From Octopus sinensis (taxonomy: Eukaryota), in assembly GCF_006345805.1 (NCBI RefSeq), contig NC_043000.1, positions 27,838,001-27,902,000 on the forward strand: 64,000 bases of DNA, in the 5' to 3' direction. Below, piece by piece: positions 11,382-24,962 of the stretch. The stretch's first letter is position 1; each line of letters begins with the position of its first letter. A program made the position numbers and the translations under genes. The notes beneath the pieces are model-generated. The model was not told the DNA's origin. It searched no databases and saw only the letters and a program-made list of their open reading frames with translations.

Positions 11382-12883
11382 CATTCAGTAGTTTTATTTT
11401 TATAACGTGCTCTGTTTGACTTAGGTATGTGCTGTAATTTGTGGTGATGCTCTGATGGTTATTGTATAGAAAGTATTCTGCGTAGGATGTGTGCAGTGTC
11501 TAGTAGTGCAATTTTCTGTATATTATATGTATTTGTAAGTCCTGGTGTTTTTGTTATGTATTTGTCTGAATATTTTTTTATCATGCCTAATGCACCTACT
11601 ATGATAGGAATTGTTTCTGGTTTTAGATTCCACATTCTAGTTACCTCTATTTCTAGGTCTTTGTATTTTGAAAGTTTCTCCATTTCTTTTAGAGTCACGT
11701 TGTCATCGGCTGGTATTGATATATCAATTAGAAAGCTTTTTTTTTCTTCATGATCTCTGACACATATATCTGGTCTGTTGGCTTTAATTTCTCTATTTGT
11801 GTGTATTGGAATATCCCAGAGTATGGTTGCTTTCTCGTTTTCTGTGACCTTTTCTGGTGTGTGCCTCTACTATCTTTTTTCTGTAATTATTCCATAATGT
11901 TGGCATAGCTTCCAGTGTATGTAGCTCCCAACTCTGTGTCTGTGAATATATTCCTTCTTAGCCAGGACTGGGCAGCCAGAGATAATATGATTGTTTCTTG
12001 TCCATCGCCACATATTCTGCAGTTACTTGTTATATTTCTTTTTATTTTATAAGTTTTTGGTAATTTCTGGTGGGGAGGCATTGGTCTTGTGCTGCAATTA
12101 AAAATCCTTCTGTCTCTGCTTTGAGTCCTGAGCTTCTTTGTCTATTTCTTTTGCATTTAGTTTAGTCCAGTACTTGCCATGAAGGGGCTTTTCTTGCCAT
12201 CGTTTTATCATGGTCCGTTGCTGTTCTAGCTTTAGTTTGGATTTCATTTGCTTTATAGCTTTTGTTGTGTTTTCTTCTTCTTCTTCTTCTTCTTCTTCTT
12301 CTTCTTCTTCTTCTTCTTCTTCTTCTTCTTCTTCTTCTTCTTCTTCTTCTTCTTCTTCTTCTTCTTCTTCTTCTTCATATTTGTTAGGTGGTATGATTTT
12401 TATCAGTTTTCCTTGCTTCTGAAGTAGATATTTTTGCAGTCCTATGGTGTTTATTTTATAGTAGTTTTCCAGCTTTATAAGGCTTCTATCACCTTCTATA
12501 CGTTGTATATTTAGCCTTTCTATGGCATATTTTGGGTGATGCATCCTAGATCCTGTCATTATTTTTCTTGTATTCCTATCTATTTTGGTTAGTTCATTTA
12601 GCGTCCAGTTAAGGATATTGTAGCTGTAACTGGGACGCCTACAGTTTTAATACCTATTATCTTGTTTTTAGCATTGGGCTCTGTTTTTAGAATTGATTTA
12701 ACTCGTCTATAGTATTCTTTCTTTATTTTCTCTTTCATTTGTGTGTGTTGTGTCTTATTTAGTTCTTGGATTCCTAAATATTTGTAAGTTTGGCTTTGGT
12801 CTAATTCTCTTATTTCATTGTCTTTATCTAGTGTGATGTTGCTACTCTTAACTAGTATTCCTCTTTTCAGGGTTACTTTGGCG

Positions 12884-12886
<3 letters not shown>
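11381..12886 (-). mobile_element. R4/Dong-like RLE non-LTR retrotransposon, 5'-truncated, degenerate
   Basis: CRICGDGQET zinc knuckle, NRPD, KLSKYKDLEIEVTRMW..PIIVGALG RLE motifs; flanked by (TTA)n. Confidence 0.85.
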
Positions 12887-12960
<74 letters not shown>

Positions 12961-12965
<5 letters not shown>

Positions 12966-14965
12966 TAGTAGTATTTTTATCACGTGCTTTCACTGTACAA
13001 CTGAGCGCAGTTCTGTGTGCCTTGGGTATGTGTTTGTTGTAATGCTCTTATTATTAATGTATTGAAATGTTTTACGTAGGATGTGTGCGGTGCCTAGTAG
13101 TGCAATTTTCTGTATTATATTAATTTGTTAGTCCTGGTGTTTTTGTTATGTATTTGTCTGAATATTTTTGTATCATAGCTAACACGCCTACTATGAGAGG
13201 AATTGTTTCTGTTTTTAGACTTCACATTCGAGTTAACTGTATTTCCAAGTGGTTGTATTTTAAAAGTTTCTCCATTTCTTTTAGAGAAACGTTGTCATCT
13301 TTTGATACAGATACATCGATTAGAAAGCGATTTTACTTGATAATCTCTGTCAAACAGCTATATACGGCCTTTGGGCCTAAATTTCTGTTGGCCTATTATC
13401 CTTAATATTCCATAGGATGGTTGCGTTCTCATTTTCTGTGACCTTTTCTGACGTGTGCATATACCATCTTTTTTCAGTTGTTATTCCATAGTGCTGGCAT
13501 AGTTTCCAATGTATATAGATACCAACTTTGTCGTGTCTGGGCAGCTAGAGACAATATGTTTTTTCTTTTGTCTTCTCGATCTCCACATACTCTGCGGTTA
13601 GTTGTTATGTTTCTTTTCATTATAGCTGTCTGGTAAATTCTAGTGGGGAGACTTTAGTCTTGTGCAGCCATTAAAAGTTCCTCAGTATCTGCTTTGTTTC
13701 CTGATCCTCTCGCCCATTGTTGGGATTGTGCTTTGCCTATTTCTTTTGCCTTTAGTTTAACCCAGCATTTGCCATGAAGAGGCTTTTCTTGTCTTCATTT
13801 TATCATGGTTCGTTGCTGTTCCAGTTTTAGTTCGGATTTCAATAGTTTTACAGCTTTTTTTGTTTCTTCTTTTTCTTCATAGTTGTTAGGTTGTGTGACC
13901 CCCTTTTTTTGTATTTATCAGCTTCCGTAAAGGCAGAAAACAGTTTTTTATTTTGTTCGTGTTTTATGGGTTATTTGTATTAGCTTTCCTTGTTTCTGAA
14001 GTAGGTATATTTGTAGTCCTATGGTGGTTATTTTGTAATAGTTTTCTAGCTATATAAGGCCTCTACCACCTTCTATACGTTGTATATATAACCTGTCTAT
14101 ATCAGATTTTGGTTGGTGCATCCTAAATCCTGTTTTTTATCTTTCTCGTTTCCCTCTCTTTTTTGATTAGTTCATTTAGTGTCCAGTTAAGGATATTGTA
14201 GTTGTAACTTATAGCTGGGACGGCTAGAGTGTTGATGCCTATTGTCTTGTTTTTGGCATTAAGCGCTGTTTTCAGCATTAATCTAACTTGTCTTTATTTA
14301 TTTTCTCTTTCAATTGTGTGTGTTGTATCGTATCTAGTTCATTGATTCCTAAGTATTTGTATGTCTGGCTTCGGTCTAATTCTCTTATTTCATTTGCTTT
14401 ATCTAGTGTGATGTTGTTACTCCTCACTAGTTTTCCTCTTTTCAAGGTTGCTTTGGCACATTTTTCTAAGCCATATTTCATGTTCATTTCTTTGGTAAAC
14501 TCATCTTCTGCCTGTAGTGATGTTTCCAACTGTTTATCAATTGTAGCGTACAGTTTTAGGTCATCCATTGCTAATTGTTTTGCCGTAGCAGTTGTATCCA
14601 CATCCAGTTCTGTTTAGCATGTCAGATAAAGGTGTCAGTGCCAAGCAGAAAAAGAGTGGTGAGATCGTGTCTCCCTGGGATATTCCTCTTCCATTTGGGA
14701 TGGCTTTGGTCTTTATGAATCCCTCTTCTGTCTGCCTTTTATTCAGGGAATGTGTTATATATTTTATGAGTATTGATACTACCTTGTTCATAGCTAGTGT
14801 TTCTAGGATCCATGTGTGGGCAATACTGTTAAAAACCTTTCGGTAATCGATCGACCCATCACAAGCCTTTCGGTAATTGATCCTATCAAAAGCTTTTCGG
14901 TAATCAATCCTATCACAAGCGTTTCGGTAATCGATCCTTATCAAAGGCCTTTCGGTAATTGATCC
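12961..14965 (-). mobile_element. R4/Dong-like RLE retrotransposon, second copy with RT remnants
   Basis: IDYRKVFNS, GISQGDTISPLFFCLAL, MDDLKLYA, YKYLG; homologous to the neighbouring copy; (TTA)n at the 3' end. Confidence 0.85.
14837..14965. repeat. Minisatellite, 5 copies of a ~27-bp unit encoding RIDYRKAFD
   Basis: tttcggtaat(c/t)(g/a)atc repeated five times. Confidence 0.85.
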
Positions 14966-15066
14966 TTATTATTACTACTATTCTTATTATTATTATAAAT
15001 TTCTTTTACGTAATGAGATAAAAAAAATCAAGGCTGTGTAGATATTAGAACATTTATAGATAAAAG

Positions 15067-15118
15067 GTCTTACAGCTGTTTCCAGGATATTTATTAATCA
15101 TATCCCTTCATCGGAGAC
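15067..15118 (-). ncRNA. Type I hammerhead (CCGAUGA core) in a PLE 3' remnant
   Basis: Minus strand: gtct CCGATGA agggata..tatcctg GAAA cagctg TA agac. Confidence 0.7.
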
Positions 15119-15275
15119 GGTGTGAGAGAATGGTTAAGTAATAATTAATTTAGATAATATATAAAATAGAGAGTGAGGTGGAGGAAAGAAAATAGATGTG
15201 AGATATGTAGGGATATTGAAGTTGTAGATCCAGTTTTTAGGCAGAATGATATATATGTAAAATTCCAATACCTTA

Positions 15276-15436
<161 letters not shown>

Positions 15437-15445
15437 TCATTAATG

Positions 15446-15790
15446 CCCAAGAAATTTAACTGTTGGTAAAAAAATTCCTAACATCTGGCTACAAGTACCC
15501 TTAGATGCCATGAACCCTGTTAATTAACCTAGCTGTCCATAATAACACTGTTTTATGGAGATCTACTAAACTAGGTTTTATGCCTATTTCCTCAATCCAT
15601 GTAGTCAAATTGGTCTCTGTAGCTCAATGGCTAGATCCTGGTCCTTTACTAATTTCTCTATACTTCTCATATTGACTTTCTCATCATTTGATTCTGTACA
15701 GTCAATTATCTGGCACATTTTTATCTCTTTGTAAATTACTACTAAATCAGGACTTTTAGTTTCTATTACTCTGTCACAATTATAGCCGAA
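15446..15790 (-). mobile_element. RLE non-LTR 3' fragment
   Basis: KSPDLVVI..CQIID..EKLVKDQDLAIEL resembles the PD..D..EK.KY.DL RLE pattern; adjacent to (TTA)n. Confidence 0.65.
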
Positions 15791-16181
15791 CATTTTACAT
15801 AAGACGCCTGTAATTTTGACGAACGCCTGAAAGTGCACGTCCTTAGGAAATATTTGGAAGCTGTAGAGGTGTGTCAGATCAAATTTAAAGATTCAGTCTT
15901 GTCAAGAATCCACCTGCTTGTGAAATACTCAGGTACTTCGCACACTAATTCATTGAGAAGGTTTTACATTTGATACACCAGGCTCATATATGGAAATCCA
16001 CGTGGCGGTCCTAGACCATCGAACTATCCATCAAGCCACATATAAGATATATTTGATAATGTAGTTCCAGTTCTAAAATCCTTTGCAGTGTCACATCATC
16101 ATGACACAGCTCTGATCGCGGGTCTGCAGTGGTAGGGTTTTCCGGCGAGCTTACATCACCACCACCATCACTACCAACAAC

Positions 16182-16560
16182 GGAGGCGCAATGTCCCAGT
16201 GGTCAGGGCAGCGGACTCGCGGTCGGAGGATCGCGGTTTCGATTCCCAGACTGGGTGTTGTGTGTGTTTATTGAGCGAAAACATCTAAAGCTCCACGAGG
16301 CTCCGGCAGCGGGTGGTGGCGACCCCTGTTGTACTCTTTCGCTCCAACTTTATCCCACTCTTTCTTCCTCTTTCTTGTCCCCGACTTCTTACGCAACCAC
16401 TGAGCCTGGATACGCTTTCATCCATCCGTCGATGCTCTCGGTGTCGGGGGTTGACCTGCTTTCTCTTCTGCGGGTCTTACGAATAGCAAAGGACCACCTT
16501 TCGGACTTCTCCCACTAATAAGACGAAGACCGCTTCGCTCAACAAACAAACAAACAAACC
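16182..16560 (+). mobile_element. tRNA-derived SINE (family D) with (AAAC)n tail
   Basis: A-box-like tgtcccagtgg, B-box-like ggtttcgattcc, simple-repeat tail. Confidence 0.7.
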
Positions 16561-17253
16561 ACCAACAACAACAACGATTAGTTATTCCAGTACCATAGCC
16601 ATGAAATGATTAATGTAAGATTTCAAAAAATAGGTTTGAATGTGATTTCACATGATTTGTGTTTTAAAGAATTCATTATCTCGCTTTCTAGCTTGTTGTT
16701 ACACAATAATTTAGCCTTATTCATTTCTCTGCAGCCCTTTCTTCGGATATAATTACTCAATGATATCATTATATTTTCCAGTGAATTGTAAGACTTCTAA
16801 AGATATTGTATAAGTAGGTTGTTTTTGAAGAGGGGAAATAGCTGTTTGGAATGTTGAAAGATTTTGCCAAAAACCATGTAGTATTTGGTTATGCACCGGT
16901 GTTAAAAGATATAAAATTCCTGAAAGCCCTTTTAATGGTAGTTTATAAAAGAAACCAAATCATTGCCAATAAGATCATTTCCTTTGTGTAAATCCGAACT
17001 GCATATTTTCTTTCGAAATTGTGCAGAAAGAATTTCCGGGAACATCACCCGTAAATATAGAATGAAAGCGATGCTAGAGTTTATTTTATTGCTGCCAAAT
17101 GTTTCTTATAAAAAGGAAAAAGGGGAACACGGGCAAAAACGGACGAAGAATAAAGAGCAGGCGTGCGTAAAAGACCAAAGCCGAAGTTAATATAAACATT
17201 AAGCTAGATTATATAGGAACTCGAAAAAAGAGCTGAATGTGTACACACGCACA

Positions 17254-17391
<138 letters not shown>

Positions 17392-17485
17392 TACGTCTTT
17401 ATTTCTATCTTTATCCCTACCTAGATTCCTATCAATCTATCTCCCTGTCTGTCTAGCCATCTCCCTCTCTCCCTCTCTCTATCTC

Positions 17486-17568
<83 letters not shown>

Positions 17569-17593
17569 CTCTATCTCTCTATCTATCTATCTA

Positions 17594-17689
<96 letters not shown>

Positions 17690-17703
17690 TGTATGTATAT
17701 CTA

Positions 17704-17760
<57 letters not shown>

Positions 17761-18385
17761 GGAAACAAGTAGAGAGGCAACAGTTAATCAGAGAGCTATA
17801 TACATAGAGAAGCACAAAATTAGTTCGTTGATTCGGTAGATAGATACACTCGTACATACCTACATAATACATATATGCATGCATACATACATACGTACAC
17901 GCATACATACATAGAAATGAGCATGCATACATACATACATACATACATACATACATACATACATACATACATACATACATACATGGAAATGTGCATGCAT
18001 ACATCGATTCTCAGCTGCACGCATTCATAGCCACATCCACAGGTACAAAGGTAATTTTAAGGGAAATGGGTAGGCAGGGATGTTGGATTTAATCAAACAG
18101 ACTGAGATGCAAAAGAACCCTTTCTAAATACGCCGATACTTATTCATTTGTCTTGCAACAACCTCAATCATTCTTAAGGAATCATTACGAAATTTCACTC
18201 AGAATGTGTGCATGCTTAGATCTTGAAGTAAAATACGGATGGATCAAAAAATGCAAATTGTAGACTAACTGCATTCAGTTGGTATGAAGACAGAACATCC
18301 TAATGATAAACGTGGCAAAGAAAGGAAAGTAGTACAAAATAATCAGCAACGGAGTCTCTCCTCTCACAGAACGAACAATTTTCAC

Positions 18386-18596
18386 TTTATTTACATTTGA
18401 CGGATATTTGTCCTCATCTCGTTTGTTGTTAAGACAATGTTTCAGCTGATATAACCTCCAGTTTCATAAGGTGTCTTCGGGGAATTTCGAACCTGGATTC
18501 TCATTCCTAATCTATATTTCGATCTTGTTGTTATTATTAATATTATTATTATCATTATTATTATCATCATCATCATCATTATTATTATTATCATCA

Positions 18597-18646
<50 letters not shown>

Positions 18647-18721
18647 GAGGTCACTACCTGGAATCGAACTCGGATCCTTGGGCTTAGTATCCCACGCTCT
18701 TAACCACTGCGCCATATGCCC
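18386..18721 (-). mobile_element. tRNA-head + (AAT)n + hammerhead unit, left (inverted) copy
   Basis: Minus strand: A box tggcgcagtgg, B box gagttcgattcc, (AAT)n, then decayed HHR at ~18431-18476; inverted homolog of 18724-19700. Confidence 0.8.
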
Positions 18722-18831
18722 GTGGGCATATGGCGATGTTATGGACTCGATTTCTTTGTCCGTCCTTGTAGTGGTTAAGAGCGCCGGCTATTAACCCCAA
18801 GATTCAGAGTTCGATTCGAGGCAGTGACCTA

Positions 18832-18911
<80 letters not shown>

Positions 18912-18920
18912 TAATAATAA

Positions 18921-19505
18921 TACACCCTGAAGCTGTAACTGAAGGAGAAAATGCAACGATTCTGTGGGACTTTCCAGTACATACAGACCGAACCATCAAA
19001 GACAATAAACCGGATATTGTTGTAAAAGACCAAAACAATAAAGTTTGCTTATTGATAGACATGAGCATCCCCTGTGATCATAATATCTCGGCGAAAGAGT
19101 TTGACAAGCTCAGAAAATATAAAGACCTGCTCATTGAAATTGAGAAAATGTGGCATCTCAAAGCGGTTACAATACCAGTGATCGTAGGAGCACTAGGAAT
19201 GATCAAGAAGGGAACCGAAAATTATATGAGACTGATCCCTGGCTTACCATCCCTGCAAGAAGTGCAAAAGATTTTCTTAACTGGTACATCACACGTATTG
19301 AGAAGAGCATTGTCGATGTCAGAACTATTACTACCCATGTATTTTAATTTAACTTTATTTCTATCAAAAAAAAAAAAATGAACGAACGAACTAGTGAATT
19401 TAGTTTAATGGCCTACCAATGTATACTGTGAGTTTCTTTCCCCTAGGAGTCGGGAAGACACTCGGCAAGAAATGGAAGCAAATTTGAAGGAAGAAGAAAA
19501 AAAGA
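18921..19505 (+). mobile_element. R4/Dong-like RLE 3' fragment nested in (AAT)n
   Basis: ILWDFPVHTDRTIKDNKPDIVV..LIDMSIP..KLRKYKDL..PVIVGALG. Confidence 0.85.
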
Positions 19506-19584
19506 TTATAATAATAATAATAACGACAACGACAATATCGAAAAATACCTTACGAATGAGAATCAAGTGACGAAATTCCCCCAA

Positions 19585-19630
19585 AACATCTGATGAAGCC
19601 TGGAGTATATATTAGCCGAAACGTTGAGTT
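19585..19630 (+). ncRNA. Minimal type I hammerhead, stems partly decayed
   Basis: aacat CTGATGA agcctg..tagcc GAAA cg TT gagtt. Confidence 0.65.
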
Positions 19631-20038
19631 AATAACAATCAAGATGAGGACAAATATCCGTCAAATGTAAATAATGTACATCTCATAAATATAGAACTGT
19701 ATTAATAATGTAAAGTATAGAAGCCATCTTATCATGGCTAACCACATTGGGGAGGGGGTGTTACTGTAGCTTTATAGCCCCAAGAGATCTTCGTCGCAAG
19801 CTGGCTTTAGACACAATATCAGTGTCCTTGAGGTATTTGCAAAGGGAGGCCATCCCTTCCTCGCAAGCCTGAGTGATACGCTCGAACTAGTTCCCAGTCT
19901 ATGACCAGGCTCGTGAGACCTACACTGGCCTATATATCCACATGTTAGCCCATAAATAAGAAATCTGGTGAATAATCATCCTTGACCTGGAGAGATTACC
20001 AATGATGATCATTAAGGTTTTATCTCTATTACTACACA

Positions 20039-20260
20039 GCGGTGAGCTGGCAGAATCGTTAGCACGCCGGGCGAAATGCTTAGCGGTATTTCGTTTACTG
20101 TTACGCTCTGAGTTCAAGTACCGCCGAGGTCGACTTTGCTTTTTATCCTTTCGGTGTTGATTAAATAATTACCAGTTACGCACTGGAGTCGATATAATCG
20201 ACTTGATCCCTTTGTCTGTCTTTGTCCCCTCTATGTTTAAACCCCTGTGGGCAATAAAGA
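20039..20260 (+). mobile_element. tRNA-derived SINE (family A)
   Basis: Multi-copy in the window; B-box-like gagttcaagtacc. Confidence 0.85.
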
Positions 20261-20501
20261 GGAAATTATGATGGTCAGTAAGTTATAATATAACTGTTTC
20301 GAATTTTTCATTACGTAAAAGCGTTAGTGAGGGATACAGAAATATAGGCAGTCAAGCATTTTTCTTTACATTCAGACTTCCTTTAATGCCTCTTTAGCTC
20401 ACTCGCACTTATAAACGCTCACTCATAAACGCACACATACATCCATCAGCATATATACATATATATGTACATATATATGTACACATATATGTGCATGTAT
20501 A

Positions 20502-20549
<48 letters not shown>

Positions 20550-22230
20550 AAAAAGCTTTCATTTGTTATATCCTGCATTTAATACTGATATCTTCAAAAT
20601 GTTATCATGCGGTCTTTTAGTACCACACAATACAGAAAATAATTTATTATTTTATTCTTTCCCATTTATATATGCTTATGTTCTCAATATACTCAAGTTT
20701 TATGTTTAATAAATCGTTCTGATAAATTTTTTAATGTATTTTAACATTAGAACAAACTAATAATATGATACATGGAGCATAATATGCGATTATTTTATAA
20801 ATATAAACATATTTAAACGTGAAAACATCAAACAATAAATTTAAATCTTCAGAGTAATTTTTCAAGCATGTGATGTTTTTAAATGATAAATTTTATTAGT
20901 GCCTGGTTTGTGATATATAGAGTCTATAATTTTCTGTCCGTATTATGACACATGCTGGGAGATTACTTTAAATAAATATAATTTGGGGCTGATATATTCA
21001 AATATGGTTGTAAAGCAATGAAAGACTGAATGATGCTGGTTGTATTTTCGATGGTATTTTGAACATAATATGTTTTTGAAGAGATGATTTTTAAATTAAA
21101 TATTATAGAAATTTATTTTCTCAAATTGCTGAGAGCTCCTGAAAAATGTTCATGGAGTTGTCTCATTCTAGAAGGTAAATGCTTGCCACAAATCTTTCTA
21201 GAGAAGAAACTGCTTGGAACATGATAGAAACTGGAATAATATATCGGAAGTAAGAAGAGGAAGCTCTTCACTATCATTTTCTTTGCCTGTCGCCATCCAT
21301 TTCTCAGTAACTTTGGCACTTTGGCATAATCACCAGGACAGCATGGAGACATAATCTATTTGCCAGAAGAGAGAAAAAAATAAGCACACCTTGAGTTTAC
21401 CTCTGCCTTGTATAACCAAGCACTGACCATATACATTGAAAATAGTATGCCGTTAAAGGCTGACATGGATGTTCAACACTATGGATTTACGCTTTAATTA
21501 CCAACAATTATTTCGGTAACTAGACAACAACCTGTGAAATATCCGCTGACATTTAACTTCGGGGACACTCTCGTAAAGTTACTCGAGTTTAGCTGAGAAG
21601 ACCGCGTTCCTCTTAAGCTCAAATGTATGTTGTATGCTGAGGTGTTGGGCCAACACATATTTTGACACTTTAAAGTTTTCAGTGGCATCCGATTTGTACA
21701 TTTATGTATAACAAAACTGATTCCAGACTCTCTATATTTCAATAAAAGAGAGACATCACGCCACTTGGAAATAGTGAAGTTTCGTTTCATACGAAATATA
21801 TATATTACTCTTCCAACCCTTTTTTATAGGCGTTCATAACCCGACTGATAAAAGTCTGTTTTTCTTTCATTATATAATTCTGTTTTTCTTTCACGCTCTC
21901 TTTTTGTTTCTATCACTTTCTCTGACTTCCATATTTGCCTATTTTCCAGAATTACTATTCCTTTCTCACTACATATTTACATATTATATTTCATAATCAA
22001 TTTATCTTGTCAATCTTCTACTCTCTTTTTTCTCTATCAAATTATCGCCGGCCCTTACTCAGCCTGCCAACTTTGATATGCTACACATATATGCGTATGC
22101 TGCATGTATATGTGTATGTATGTGTGTATGCATGTATGTATGTATGTATGTATGTATGTATGTATATATGTATGCATGCATGCATGCATGAGTGTGCGTG
22201 AGTGCGTATAAGTTCGTTTCTGTATATACA

Positions 22231-23923
22231 CACACTACAACTCACTTACCGATAATGAAAGAGACTACATCACCAATTTCGAACCAAGACCCAGCAACTT
22301 CTACGGCCTACCGAAAATACATAAATCAAAAGATATTCAACATGCAGTAACAGAACAAGAAAGTGAGTACATAAAATTACTACATCCAAAAGACCTAAAA
22401 CTTAGACCTATTATAGCTGGTCCAGCATGCCCTACCCACCGTCTAAGCAATTTCATTGACATTGTTTTGAAACCACTATGTACTTACATACCCAGTTTCA
22501 TCAGGCATGACATCGACTTCCTGTCCCATCTTCCCAAAACAACAGAAACAAATTCAGTTTTACTAAGTTTTGATGTGGTAAGCCTCTATACCAATATTCC
22601 ACACGATTTAGGATTAAAGGCGATTAAATACTGGTTAGAAAAACATAGAGAAGTGATTCCCAGCAGATTCACAGTGCCATTTATATTAGACACAGTCAAA
22701 CTTATTCAAGAAAACAACACATTCTTCTTCAATAGAAAGAATTACATCCAAATTAGAGGCACGGCGATGGGAACGAGGTTTGCTCCCGTTTACTCCAACT
22801 CTGTAATGAGATACTTAGAACAACAACTCAACCAAGAGGTGGAGGTAAACTATGGCACTGGATTTAGAAAGTATATTGAAAAGGCATGGAAGAGATACCT
22901 TGATGACTGCTTCATAATCTGGACAGAATCTCTAAATACTCTGGAAGAGTTCAATATCCTCCAGAACAATCTACACCCATTTCTCCAATTTACAAATTTA
23001 CCATTCCTAGATATAATGGTAATTAAAAAGGACACCACCATCACCACAGATATATACCATAAACACACAGACACACATCAATACTGAATTTTAAGTCGTG
23101 CCACCCACCACATACAAAATGCAACATCCCATACTGCCTAGCCAGAAGAATTTGTACCATTGTAGAAGATGCAAATATCAGGAACAAACGCCTAACAGAA
23201 CTAAGAGAATTTTTGCTCAAACAAAAATACCCATCTCTACTTATAGAAAATGGCATACAGTGGGCTATAAAAATACCCATACAACAACTTAGGACAACCC
23301 AAGGAAGAGGAAAACAAGAACAAGTCATACCATTCATAGTGACACACAATCCATGTCACCAGAATATCGTCAACATTGCCAAAGCAAACCTACCAACCAT
23401 TGCTCAAAGTAATGAATTAAAAGATATAATCACGGATCAAGCTATGGTTCTTAGTAACAGACAGCCTAAAAACTTGAAAAAATTACTAACAAAGGCAAAA
23501 TTTGACCTTAGCAACAAAGACCAAACATTCACTGTATCTAAATGCAATGATAGCCGATGTGGCACATGCCAATTCATACATACCGGCCAATATATAAACA
23601 CAAAAACCGGGAAAATATTCACAAACGTGAATATGAACTGCAAAAGCAGAAATTTAATTTACTGCATCAAATGCCCAAATTGTGAAGAAATATATGTAGG
23701 TCAGACGGGAAATGCACTATCAGAACGCTCACGTGTACACCGACAACAGATTAGAGACCCAGAAGTCCGTCAGATACCTTTGAGTAACCACCTAGCAACA
23801 TGTGGTCGGAAAATATATATAATATTTCCATTCTACAAATTACGCACCCCAAGTGAAATCGAGAGGAAAATCAGAGAAAAGAATTTTATTGATAAATTTA
23901 AACCCAAGCTAAATAAGGAATAA
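22231..23923 (+). pseudogene. Neptune-type PLE RT + GIY-YIG, 5'-truncated, frameshift near 23085
   Basis: FYGLPKIHK, LRPII, SFDVVSLYTNIP, GTAMG, RYLDD, LPFLD; Cys linker CNDSRCGTC; LIYCIKCPNC..YVGQT..R..H. Confidence 0.9.
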
Positions 23924-24396
23924 TAATAATACTTAGAGGTACTACTTCTACTGCTACGACCATGACCACTAACAACAACAACAATACTAAAGGTGATCAA
24001 GATGAAGATAGCAGGAAAATTTTCTTATTTAGGGTTAAAAGTTCTATTGCCACCACCATTACCACTAGCAACAATAATTAAGGTGCTGACAATGATGATG
24101 ATGACAACTGAAATATAAAAATCTCTGACAAAGGCTATTTACAACATTTCTAAAAATAGCCCAACAATTGCTGCCTCGGCCACGGTTAAGATACAGGACT
24201 CTTGACATGTTCAACAAAGCGTGACGCCTAAACCAACCAGTCAGCTTAAGTAATTGAGTGATGCTACACACTGATTCGTCAGAATACAGTTTGCAAAACC
24301 TAGCAATCTGGAGTCCACGCAGGTGTATTTAAGGCACAGATTTCACCATCTCGCTACAGTCACAAATTGTGAAGCATGACTGACACCACTACTACA

Positions 24397-24441
24397 TGAA
24401 CCTGAAGATTGCATAATTTAATGCATGAAAGTACTAGTTCA
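24397..24441 (+). ncRNA. Minimal type I hammerhead
   Basis: tgaac CTGAAGA ttgcat aattta atgcat GAAA gtac TA gttca; palindromic loop III. Confidence 0.85.
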
Positions 24442-24601
24442 ATCAGAATGAACATTTAGCATTCCATTATTTTATTTTATTTTATTATATTATATTAGCT
24501 TATATTATATCATTATAAGATTGTAAATAAAACGTGAAAATCAGACAAGGCTGGAATTCCTTTTATTAATATATTCTTCTATACACAATCATACACACCC
24601 G

Positions 24602-24658
<57 letters not shown>

Positions 24659-24889
24659 TATATATAGATATATATATATATATATGTATGTATGTGTGTG
24701 TATGTGTGTGTATATATATATATATATACATACATACACTTACACACACATACACAAACACACGCACACCCGCACGCACACACACACACACTAAAGCACG
24801 CAGAATGAAGCCGCCGGGCACAGATTGAACTTGAAAGCTGTTGTGCATGCGCACGAATGTTTAGTGTGTGTATGATAGATAGATAGATA

Positions 24890-24962
<73 letters not shown>

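Larger units (their letters stand above)
18724..19700 (+). mobile_element. tRNA-head + (AAT)n + hammerhead unit, right copy, interrupted by an RLE LINE fragment
   Basis: gggcatatggcg..tagtggttaagagcg..gagttcgattc head; body at 19535-19680 matches the reverse complement of 18386-18525; extra 3' tail. Confidence 0.8.
22231..24580 (+). mobile_element. Penelope-like element (Neptune-type) including 3' pLTR region
   Basis: ORF remnant, ~650-nt 3' region with HHR, then (TA)n. Confidence 0.85.

Noticed and set aside
14837-14965. CRISPR-like array
   Set aside because: No unique spacers, eukaryotic context, and the unit derives from RT coding sequence.
18647-18830. Genuine tRNA genes
   Set aside because: Acceptor stems are poor, one head has a 33-nt insertion, and both are fused to repeat bodies; these are SINE-type heads.
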